From a virus (lineage: Duplodnaviria; Caudoviricetes): 64,000 bases of DNA. A program made the position numbers and the translations under genes. The DNA lies in the IMG/VR virus record IMGVR_UViG_2854208954_000001, positions 1 to 64,000 of that record, one strand, 5' to 3'. The stretch's first letter is position 1; the number at the start of each line of letters is the position of its first letter. Positions 1-7,413 of this stretch are shown here, piece after piece. A model generated the notes under the pieces. The model did no database searches. It was not told the DNA's origin and worked only from the letters and a program-made list of their open reading frames with translations.

Positions 1-2
1 CT

Positions 3-1043
3 GGTTTTCCTTGTCAAGCATTTTCACAGGCTGGATTAGGGATGGGTTTTCAGGATACAAGGGGAACTTTGTTCTTTGATGTAGCAAAAATATTGATGGA
101 AAAAAAACCGCTTGGATTTGTTTTAGAGAATGTTGAAGGGCTAGTAAATCATGATAAAGGCAGAACTTTCAAAGTGATTGTCAACACGCTGATTGAATTA
201 GGCTACAGTGTTGAGACAAAAGTACTAAACGGTAAAGACTTTGGTCTTGCACAGTCGAGAAACAGAATCTATTTTATAGGGTATAGAGGTAGAAAGGTAA
301 ATAATCTTGAAAATTTTACTGTCTCACATAGCGTTCTTAAAGATATTATAGATTATAGTATCCCAGCTAAACATACATTTTTTACAGAAAAACTATTAGA
401 GCATTATAAAGTTGAAGAATTATATGGTAAGTCAATCAAAGATAAGCGTGGTGGTGATAATAATATTCACAGCTGGGATATAGGATTAAAGGGCGAAATT
501 TCAGATGATCAACGAGAACTGTTAGAGTTATTATTACGACAGAGGCGAAATAAAAAGTGGGCAGATATAATAGGAATAAAGTGGATGGATGGAATGCCGT
601 TAACTGAAAGTATGATCAGTACTTTTTATCCCCATGAAAACCTACATGAATTGCTGACCGATTTAGTAGATAAAGGATATTTAGCCTATGAATATCCTAA
701 ACAGCTAGTAGGTAACCGAAGAATACCAGATGAAACGCTGGAGAGGGGTTATAATATTGTCACAGGCAAATTATCTTTCGAATATTCAAAAATACTTTCT
801 CCAAATGATGTGACCCCTACACTTGTGGCTACTGATATACAAAAATTGGCAGTACCAGTACAAGATGGGCTTCGAACACTTTCTATAAATGAAGGACTTA
901 AGCTTTTTGGTTATCCAGAAGATTATAATTTAGAGTTTTTAAAAGAAGCAGAGGCTTTTGATTTGTTAGGCAATACAGTATGTGTGCCTGTAATAAAAGC
1001 AGTTTCTGAAAAATTATTAGATACCTATTTGGAAGACAAATAA
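3..1043 (+). CDS. DNA (cytosine-5) methyltransferase of a type II R-M system, 5'-truncated by the window edge
   Basis: Frame is open from base 3: GFPCQAFSQAG (motif IV), FVLENVEGL (VI), QSRNRIYF (VIII), LGNTVCVPVI (X). Confidence 0.95.
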   Translation, partial: GFPCQAFSQAGLGMGFQDTRGTLFFDVAKILMEKKPLGFVLENVEGLVNHDKGRTFKVIVNTLIELGYSVETKVLNGKDFGLAQSRNRIYFIGYRGRKVNNLENFTVSHSVLKDIIDYSIPAKHTFFTEKLLEHYKVEELYGKSIKDKRGGDNNIHSWDIGLKGEISDDQRELLELLLRQRRNKKWADIIGIKWMDGMPLTESMISTFYPHENLHELLTDLVDKGYLAYEYPKQLVGNRRIPDETLERGYNIVTGKLSFEYSKILSPNDVTPTLVATDIQKLAVPVQDGLRTLSINEGLKLFGYPEDYNLEFLKEAEAFDLLGNTVCVPVIKAVSEKLLDTYLEDK

Positions 1044-1086
1044 AGAATATGGCAGTTGCTAATTTTTTAAGCAACTACCATATTTT

Positions 1087-1743
1087 TTAATATTGTGAAA
1101 CTTTTTGATACCATTCTTCCGGACTAAAGGTTAATACTGGATTAGGAAACATTTCGAATGTTTCTTTCACTGCCAGTATAAATTCCTGCTTGTTTTGAAA
1201 ACACTTATCTGGTTTCTTATAGAAATTAAATGGACGCATTGCATACGGATTTCCACGTTTTACCTGGAGCCCAACTGGATATTTTGTTGTAGAAGATGTT
1301 ATTTCCCATATGTGTTTCAAAAATACCTTTTGGACAGTAAACCCTTGAGAAAAACCATCGTCTTCGGGTTTATAACCTAAAATAAAATATTGTGCGTTTA
1401 GTTTTCCTGGTGATGAATATGTTGTTTCCAGAAAACTCTGAAAATTTGCTAGGTCAAAAGCGGGAGAATTATTTATATTCCAAGCTTTGACTTCTACAGC
1501 ATATTCTACTCCGTTGAATTTTGCCATGAAATCTGGAAATACCTGTGTTCCACTCCCAGGTTGAATATCCACACCAATAAATTGAAACCAGTTCGGCAAC
1601 CACTCTTGCAAACAATTACCTATAACATCATTGCCAGAATATACGTGATTTCTATTGGCAAAAGTAATGGTAATTGTACCATGTTGACCTTCAAGTTTTT
1701 CTTTAGAAAGTTCATACAAGTCGTTTAATGTATTGATTTTCAT
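1087..1743 (-). CDS. Type II restriction endonuclease, NgoBV/NlaIV-like family
   Basis: PD..(V)EVK core (FPDF...VEVKAW), GNCLQEWL, LQVKRG..MRP; convergent with the C5 MTase. Family recalled from motifs, not searched. Confidence 0.75.
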   Translation of the reverse strand: MKINTLNDLYELSKEKLEGQHGTITITFANRNHVYSGNDVIGNCLQEWLPNWFQFIGVDIQPGSGTQVFPDFMAKFNGVEYAVEVKAWNINNSPAFDLANFQSFLETTYSSPGKLNAQYFILGYKPEDDGFSQGFTVQKVFLKHIWEITSSTTKYPVGLQVKRGNPYAMRPFNFYKKPDKCFQNKQEFILAVKETFEMFPNPVLTFSPEEWYQKVSQY

Positions 1744-1760
1744 TTCTATACCTCCTATGA

Positions 1761-1982
1761 TTAATTACTTGAGTTATTCGTATCTCTTACGGTTTCAAAT
1801 AAATCTTCAACTTTACAATCTAATGCATCTGCTATCTTCATTAGAATATCAAGTCGAACAGGTTCATTTTTACCGAGTTTTGCGACGGAGTTAGCACTGA
1901 TTTCTGCTTTCTCACGAAGGTCAGCTTTCTTCATATTCTTATCAATCATTAATTTCCAAAGTTTGTTATATTGAATTCTCAT
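1761..1982 (-). CDS. Small Cro/C1-type HTH regulator (possible R-M controller)
   Basis: MRIQYNKLWKLMIDKNMKKADLREKAEISANSVAKLGKNEPVRLDILMKIADALDCKVEDL; start re-assigned to ATG at 1982. Confidence 0.85.
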   Translation of the reverse strand: MRIQYNKLWKLMIDKNMKKADLREKAEISANSVAKLGKNEPVRLDILMKIADALDCKVEDLFETVRDTNNSSN

Positions 1983-3627
1983 GTGTCGAGTCCTTTCTGC
2001 CCCATTGTTTTCCGAATAAAGCTTCTCCTTCAGCATCAATTTTAAGTACCTTATATTTCTGCAATAATTCATTGGTTTCTTTGCCGTAATTTTCTTCATG
2101 GTCAAAGGAAATAAAAATCTGCTTATCTTTTTCTTCAGAATATAGTTGCAATAATCTGCAAATGTTTCTATCAGAAATATATGGAAATAGCAGAGAATCG
2201 TGAGCGATTGCCGGCAGGTTTGTGAGCTTTAAAATGCTTAGGTCGTAAAACAGCATACCTTTATAGTTTGTTCCGGTTCCAGTGTTTCTTGGAGTTTCAA
2301 AGGTATAACTGTCTGCTTCATTGATTCTAATAACAGGAAAGTTGTCAATACCTTCCGAAACAAAATCACTTATTTCTGTCAGCTTTTCTTGGATTTGTAC
2401 TTCTAATTCATGCAAGATGATTTTCATATGTTCTTTCAATCGTTTGTTTGCCAGCTTTTTTTCATTCTGCAGTCTATTCCTGGTGATGAATGCATCATTT
2501 TCATCTTCAAGTTTATGAATTCTGCGATCAAGCTGTGTATAGGCATCCAAAAATTCATGACTAAATGCCATAGATGGCTTAATTTCTTCAATCTGCCTTT
2601 GCAAACTTTCAACAACCTCTTCTAAAGGCTTAATTGCCTGCTCTGCATCTTTTTTGGCTTCTAATAATTCTTCCTCAAGAATCGCCTGTATTTTATTATG
2701 AAATCTTTCAATATCCATAAGTTTTCTAAAGTTTGCTTCTGGAAAGAAATCAGAAAGACTTTTCAGGTCAGCTTCAGTAGGATATACACCTTGACTAATA
2801 TTTAAATTGATGAGGTGCAAATCACTTTTCTTTTGTTGCAATTTAACACGAGCATCTCTTAACTGCAATTTCAAGTAATTAGATTCATTTGCTTTTTCTA
2901 TATCGTTAGAGGTAATGCCGCTATTGTTGGTTGCTTCAAGTTGTTCTTTTTCATGTTTGAGTGAGGATATCATAGAGAGATTTTCCTCATATTTTTTTGT
3001 GCCATCAACTGCGGACGGTATAAATTCATATTTTCTAGCTTCTCTAAATGCAGTTATACGTTTGTCGACATCACTGATTTGTTCCTCGAATGCTTTTATT
3101 TCTGAGTATCGATCAAATAGTGTTACCAGAATTTTAATAGCATCTTTTTTTGACTCAGTACCACCACGTGTTTGAAGAGGGTGCAACTCACTATAGTTGT
3201 TTTTTCCGTATATGCGAAAAAATCTACTAAGTGTGTTTCTAAACTGCATTCCTTCATAATCCATATGATATTGGTGTTCTAACCATTTAATATAATCCCC
3301 TTTCGTTTGTGTAGTGATAATATTGCCATTGGCATCAACGATGCCAATGTTTGCAGAAGAATTCGTAGATCTAGCAAAGTGGTGGTCTTTGCCATTAAAG
3401 TTAAAAGTAAAATATATAGTATGGTTACCAAGTTCCTTTACTGCATCACTTTTAGAATAGGTATCTCCACCAAATACGAAATCAATAATCAATAGAGAAG
3501 TTGATTTTCCGATGGATGTAGTGCCAACTTTACTTCCTAATATTACATTTAGACCATTGTGGAAGATAATCTTGCCACTTGGTCTTGTTTTTGTTTTTAA
3601 GAGTTCACAGTATATCTCCTTTAGCAT
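1966..3627 (-). CDS. lmuB: SMC-like ABC ATPase (DUF2326 type), ABC-3C/Lamassu LmuB-like
   Basis: N-terminal P-loop GSKVGTTSIGKST, long coiled coil, C-terminal Walker B-like AIAHDS and FISFD. Confidence 0.8.
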   Translation of the reverse strand: MLKEIYCELLKTKTRPSGKIIFHNGLNVILGSKVGTTSIGKSTSLLIIDFVFGGDTYSKSDAVKELGNHTIYFTFNFNGKDHHFARSTNSSANIGIVDANGNIITTQTKGDYIKWLEHQYHMDYEGMQFRNTLSRFFRIYGKNNYSELHPLQTRGGTESKKDAIKILVTLFDRYSEIKAFEEQISDVDKRITAFREARKYEFIPSAVDGTKKYEENLSMISSLKHEKEQLEATNNSGITSNDIEKANESNYLKLQLRDARVKLQQKKSDLHLINLNISQGVYPTEADLKSLSDFFPEANFRKLMDIERFHNKIQAILEEELLEAKKDAEQAIKPLEEVVESLQRQIEEIKPSMAFSHEFLDAYTQLDRRIHKLEDENDAFITRNRLQNEKKLANKRLKEHMKIILHELEVQIQEKLTEISDFVSEGIDNFPVIRINEADSYTFETPRNTGTGTNYKGMLFYDLSILKLTNLPAIAHDSLLFPYISDRNICRLLQLYSEEKDKQIFISFDHEENYGKETNELLQKYKVLKIDAEGEALFGKQWGRKDSTHENSI

Positions 3628-3839
3628 TTATAGATTCTCCCTTCCTGATCAATCTCAATTTTATAAAGTGCGTATAGGCAATCCAGCACATCCATAAATT
3701 CCATAGGACTACTAATAGCATTCCGCATATTTAGATATAACTCCTTTGGTGTTTGTGGTCTATCAAGGCTTTCCAGAAATGAAGGTATTTTAGAAAGGAC
3801 ACTTTGATTGTATGAAAATAATTTATTTGGTAATATCAT
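3621..3839 (-). CDS. lmuC: ABC-3C middle component / LmuC-like small protein
   Basis: 72 aa MILPNK...FMDVLDCLYALYKIE, between effector and ATPase, overlapping both; GAGGTG RBS upstream. Confidence 0.75.
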   Translation of the reverse strand: MILPNKLFSYNQSVLSKIPSFLESLDRPQTPKELYLNMRNAISSPMEFMDVLDCLYALYKIEIDQEGRIYKC

Positions 3840-4974
3840 GAAACACCTCACACGATTGTACAAAATACGAAACTACGATATAGCAAAAACGAATATCCTG
3901 CTTTGTTATTCTTCGGATTCGTTCTGACAGTTCATAAAATATTTGTTCCGGTGACAGCTTTTTAGCTGCTAATTGCTTATAGGACTCTTTCATTTGAGCA
4001 CGAATAAGGTCATCACTATAAACATTTTTTATGGATAGATTTCGCATTGTATTTTTTATGTACTGGTAATATCGAGTAACATTATTTTTGATATCATTCA
4101 CAAGGAAATAACTTGTATTCTCATCAATTTTTCTCGACACAGAAACAGGATCATATGTTAATTTCTTCAATTCAGATGGCTTAGCATTTGAAAGATTTTC
4201 TATAACAAGGTCTATACCTTTGTTGATTTCAATATCATCTAAAGTTTGTCTGCTACTCCTTGCATCGGCTTGGAGTTTTTTTATTGCTTTTAAATTCTTT
4301 TCATCTGCATTTGTGTGTGAAAGGGTATATTTTTGGAAACATTCATGGCATACGGCAATCAAATTGTCATATGTTAAGCCTTTTGACTCATCAATAAGGA
4401 TGATTTCATAGTCAGCAACACTCTGATTGTGAATTCCGAGTGTTTGTAAGTGTTTACCGCACAAGGACATGGAACAAGTATATTTACAGTCATCAACGAG
4501 ACCAGAACCGAAATTGCCCTTTGCCTTATCGGAGTAATGTTGTGCCTGTCTGATTTTTCTATCGTTTTCCAATTCGGGGTTGACAATGTATTCCAAGGAT
4601 TTGTGAAACAAATCAAACAGCACATCTGCAACATTTAAGACGTCTAGATTGTCATTATAAAAGGGTCGGATGTCATTTACTAAGCCTTCAAGAACAACAT
4701 CATTTCTATCAGGATCGTTAATAGACTCAACGAAGTTATCTTTGTTAAGTCTTCCCAGCATTGATTTCGCAAGTTTCTTAGTTAAGCCTCTATTATAAAA
4801 TTTTCGTAAGGACTCATCTTTGTACCTTTGTTCTGAAGATGGGTCTTTTTTTGTATACCAATCTTTTTCTGGGATGTCACACAGCATCTGAATAATATTC
4901 CTTGTAAAGGATGGTACATCTGCATCTTTCATCAAGTGAGGATGGATTGAATGCATAAGTTCTGTAAATAACAT
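3823..4974 (-). CDS. lmuA: ABC-3C/Lamassu effector (LmuA-like): helical N-domain, degenerate HNH-like Zn module, CTD
   Basis: CSMSLC...NLIAVCHEC cysteine pattern; C-terminal YFVQSCEVF typical of ABC-3C CTDs; first gene of the operon. Confidence 0.7.
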   Translation of the reverse strand: MLFTELMHSIHPHLMKDADVPSFTRNIIQMLCDIPEKDWYTKKDPSSEQRYKDESLRKFYNRGLTKKLAKSMLGRLNKDNFVESINDPDRNDVVLEGLVNDIRPFYNDNLDVLNVADVLFDLFHKSLEYIVNPELENDRKIRQAQHYSDKAKGNFGSGLVDDCKYTCSMSLCGKHLQTLGIHNQSVADYEIILIDESKGLTYDNLIAVCHECFQKYTLSHTNADEKNLKAIKKLQADARSSRQTLDDIEINKGIDLVIENLSNAKPSELKKLTYDPVSVSRKIDENTSYFLVNDIKNNVTRYYQYIKNTMRNLSIKNVYSDDLIRAQMKESYKQLAAKKLSPEQIFYELSERIRRITKQDIRFCYIVVSYFVQSCEVFHDITK

Positions 4975-4980
4975 CGTTTT

Positions 4981-5025
4981 GTCCCCTTTTTTGTCCTGCT
5001 TGTCCTACACCGTCCTAAACTGTCC
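4981..5025. repeat. Five GTCC direct repeats at about one helical-turn spacing
   Basis: GTCC at 4981, 4993, 5002, 5012 and 5022. Confidence 0.8.
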
Positions 5026-5065
5026 AATTTTGAATGAGACCATTTTGTATAGTAGTAGTAGGTTC

Positions 5066-5179
5066 TTAAAGCCAATGCGAAGATCCATATGTATATTATA
5101 TCAGAACTTTGTACTTTTTACAAATAAAATTGACAAACACCAACTTTTTTAATCAAAAAAATATGTAAATTGGCTTTAA
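5066..5179. promoter_or_regulatory. 11-bp inverted repeat in the divergent control region
   Basis: TTAAAGCCAAT (5066-5076) and ATTGGCTTTAA (5169-5179). Confidence 0.55.
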
Positions 5180-5217
5180 ACCAACAGAATACTCAATTTG
5201 TGAGGAGGTGATTGGCA

Positions 5218-5355
5218 ATGGCTAAAAACTCAAAGCAGACATCAAGTGCAGTTGCTTCAAAGGCAAGCAAAATCCTCAAAGACGGTCGTTACGGTAAGAC
5301 TGCAAAATCTGTTGCAGGCAGTGCATTATCGCAGACGAAACCTGGCAGAAAGTAA
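5218..5355 (+). CDS. 45-aa basic small protein absent from the ORF track
   Basis: MAKNSKQTSSAVASKASKILKDGRYGKTAKSVAGSALSQTKPGRK; strong GAGGAGGTG RBS; followed by a hairpin. Confidence 0.8.
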   Translation: MAKNSKQTSSAVASKASKILKDGRYGKTAKSVAGSALSQTKPGRK

Positions 5356-5366
5356 TTTTACCAAAT

Positions 5367-5412
5367 GATAGGCAGAAAAAATCCGAATAATCTATCTGCC
5401 TATCTTCCCTTT
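5367..5412 (+). terminator. Hairpin/terminator after the small ORF
   Basis: GATAGGCAGA...TCTGCCTATC followed by a pyrimidine tract. Confidence 0.55.
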
Positions 5413-5439
5413 GTGAGAGAACACAAAAATTAATATCAC

Positions 5440-5636
5440 AAGGCCTGATTAGCTATAAGGGCGTTGGGATACAGATATCGGCACTAGCCACAGGACAACC
5501 TGTGGTTGGGTGCGATAGAAGTACCCATGTTTCCTTCTGCTCTTTTTCAGGCGATATGGGTCGGTACTTCTAAAGCACCGGCCTTATTTTTATCCCTTTG
5601 CCCTTCCGCTAAGAGTCAGGCGGAAAGGACAAAAGA
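5440..5636 (+). ncRNA. Candidate structured 5' leader RNA of the sigma-like gene
   Basis: Nested stems AAGGCC/GGCCTT, CCACAGG/CCTGTGG, GAAGTACC/GGTACTTC, then TTCCGC/GCGGAA next to the RBS. Confidence 0.45.
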
Positions 5637-6122
5637 ATGAAGTTAAAGATTCGTTATGAAAACAAGTATCAAATCTTAGAGGTAAACAGTGAAGAGATGT
5701 GGGTCAGCCTTTCTTTAGAGGGTGACGAAAATCTTACACAGGAAGAAAAAGAAGCGATGATACAGGAAGCTTTTGAAGAACAGTTTAATAGGCCAGAGTA
5801 CAACAGCTGGCACAAGTTCAATCGACACCGTGGTAACTTGAAAAGACAGTTCAGAAAAGATGACGAGGAGCCTGATGAGAGTGATGGTATTGATACTGTT
5901 GCTGATAATTCGCAGGAAGAAGAACGCAACGGTCAATATGAATACGAGGCATTGTGTCAGCAAATCCGTGAGATGCTAAAACCTGAGTATGCCGATGTAA
6001 TCATCGCAGTTTGTCTTGATGATATGACACCTGAGGAATATGCACAAAGAAACGGATTGAAAAGGGGTACGGTATACAAGCGTTTGCAGAGAGCCAAGAA
6101 AAAACTTCAGGAAATTTTCTAA
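5637..6122 (+). CDS. Phage sigma-70 region 4-like transcription factor
   Basis: C-terminal HTH DMTPEEYAQRNGLKRGTVYKRLQRAKKKL. Confidence 0.8.
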   Translation: MKLKIRYENKYQILEVNSEEMWVSLSLEGDENLTQEEKEAMIQEAFEEQFNRPEYNSWHKFNRHRGNLKRQFRKDDEEPDESDGIDTVADNSQEEERNGQYEYEALCQQIREMLKPEYADVIIAVCLDDMTPEEYAQRNGLKRGTVYKRLQRAKKKLQEIF

Positions 6123-6126
6123 AGTT

Positions 6127-6168
6127 GTCCAATCTGACCCTCTCCCAAGGCTATGAGGTAGAGGGTCA
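6127..6168 (+). promoter_or_regulatory. GTCC-N18-GGCTA hairpin motif, copy A
   Basis: GTCC 6127; stem TGACCCTCT/AGAGGGTCA; 16-nt loop containing GGCTA. Confidence 0.6.
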
Positions 6169-6197
6169 ACCTCAATAAAATGCAGGAGGTAATTCTA

Positions 6198-6995
6198 ATG
6201 AGTGAATTACAGATTTTTAAGAATGCGGAATTTGGCTCTGTCCGTACATTGACAATAAATGATGAGCCATATTTTTTTGGTAAGGATGTAGCTGAAATCC
6301 TCGGTTACACAAATCCAAGCAAGGCATTAGCTGACCATGTGGACGAAGATGACAAACTCAATAACGAATCGTTATCGAGTTTAGGACAGCGTGGTGGCTG
6401 GATTATTAATGAATCAGGTCTTTACAGCCTTATCCTTTCAAGCAAACTTCCAAATGCCAAAAAGTTCAAGCGTTGGGTTACAAGTGAAGTTCTACCTGCT
6501 ATCCGTAGGCACGGCATCTATGCAATAGATGAGGTTCTGAACAATCCCGATATGCTGATTGCAGCACTTACTGAATTAAAGGCTGAGCGAGAGAAAACAA
6601 AATTGTTAACGGAAACTGTGGCTGTTCAGAAACAGCAGATTTCTGAAATGAAACCAAAAGCATCATACTATGATGTTGTTCTTAACTGTAAAGACCTTGT
6701 TGCGATTTCGGTAATTGCGAAGGACTACGGTTGGAGTGCAAACCGAATGAATCAATACCTTCATAAAAAAGGTGTGCAGTACAAGCAGGGCAATAAGATA
6801 TGGCTTTTGTATCAGAAATACTCAGAGTTAGGTTACACAAGCACTAAAACGAACAGCTATTCCGGTAGTGACGGAACAGTTCATACAAAACCGCATACCT
6901 ATTGGACGCAAAAAGGTAGATTGTTTATATATGAGCTTTTGAAGTCTGACGGTATTCTTCCAAATATTGAAAGAGAGAAAAAATATGTCGATTGA
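6198..6995 (+). CDS. BRO-N / KilA-C phage antirepressor
   Basis: FKNAEFGSVR, INESGLYSLILSSKLPNAKKFKRWVTSEVLPAIR, WTQKGRLF. Confidence 0.93.
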   Translation: MSELQIFKNAEFGSVRTLTINDEPYFFGKDVAEILGYTNPSKALADHVDEDDKLNNESLSSLGQRGGWIINESGLYSLILSSKLPNAKKFKRWVTSEVLPAIRRHGIYAIDEVLNNPDMLIAALTELKAEREKTKLLTETVAVQKQQISEMKPKASYYDVVLNCKDLVAISVIAKDYGWSANRMNQYLHKKGVQYKQGNKIWLLYQKYSELGYTSTKTNSYSGSDGTVHTKPHTYWTQKGRLFIYELLKSDGILPNIEREKKYVD

Positions 6996-7413
6996 TAAAT
7001 ACAACGCAGAAGGTTACTTCGACCCGGTTACATATGAGGCCTTGACAAAAATTGAAAAGGAAGAGCGAGCGGCACGAAAAGCCGCCGCCTTCCGACCTAT
7101 GGTTTATATCTGCAGTCCTTATTCCGGTGATATAGAAAGAAATACAGCTAATGCCAGAATGTATTCAAGATTTGCTGTTGCAAAGAACACTATACCCTTT
7201 GCCCCACACCTTCTTCTTCCTCAATACTTATCAGAACAGCACGAAAGAGGTCTTGCAATGTTTATGAATAAAGTATTTCTCGGAAAATGTGCTGAACTGT
7301 GGGTGTTTGGTTATTGCATTACCGAAGGTATGGCAGAAGAAATTGCACTGGCAGAAAAAATGAAAAAGAAAATCAGATATTTCACTGAAGATTTGAGGGA
7401 GATAACAGAATGA
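6985..7413 (+). CDS. DUF4406-like (nucleoside deoxyribosyltransferase-fold) phage protein
   Basis: VYICSPYSGD...PFAPHL...CAELWVFG. Confidence 0.75.
   Translation: MSIDKYNAEGYFDPVTYEALTKIEKEERAARKAAAFRPMVYICSPYSGDIERNTANARMYSRFAVAKNTIPFAPHLLLPQYLSEQHERGLAMFMNKVFLGKCAELWVFGYCITEGMAEEIALAEKMKKKIRYFTEDLREITE

Noticed and set aside
5872-5885. Other CTGATGA strings (e.g. ~5873, ~24724, ~55740) as hammerhead cores
   Set aside because: They lie inside coding sequence without a properly placed GAAA or stems.
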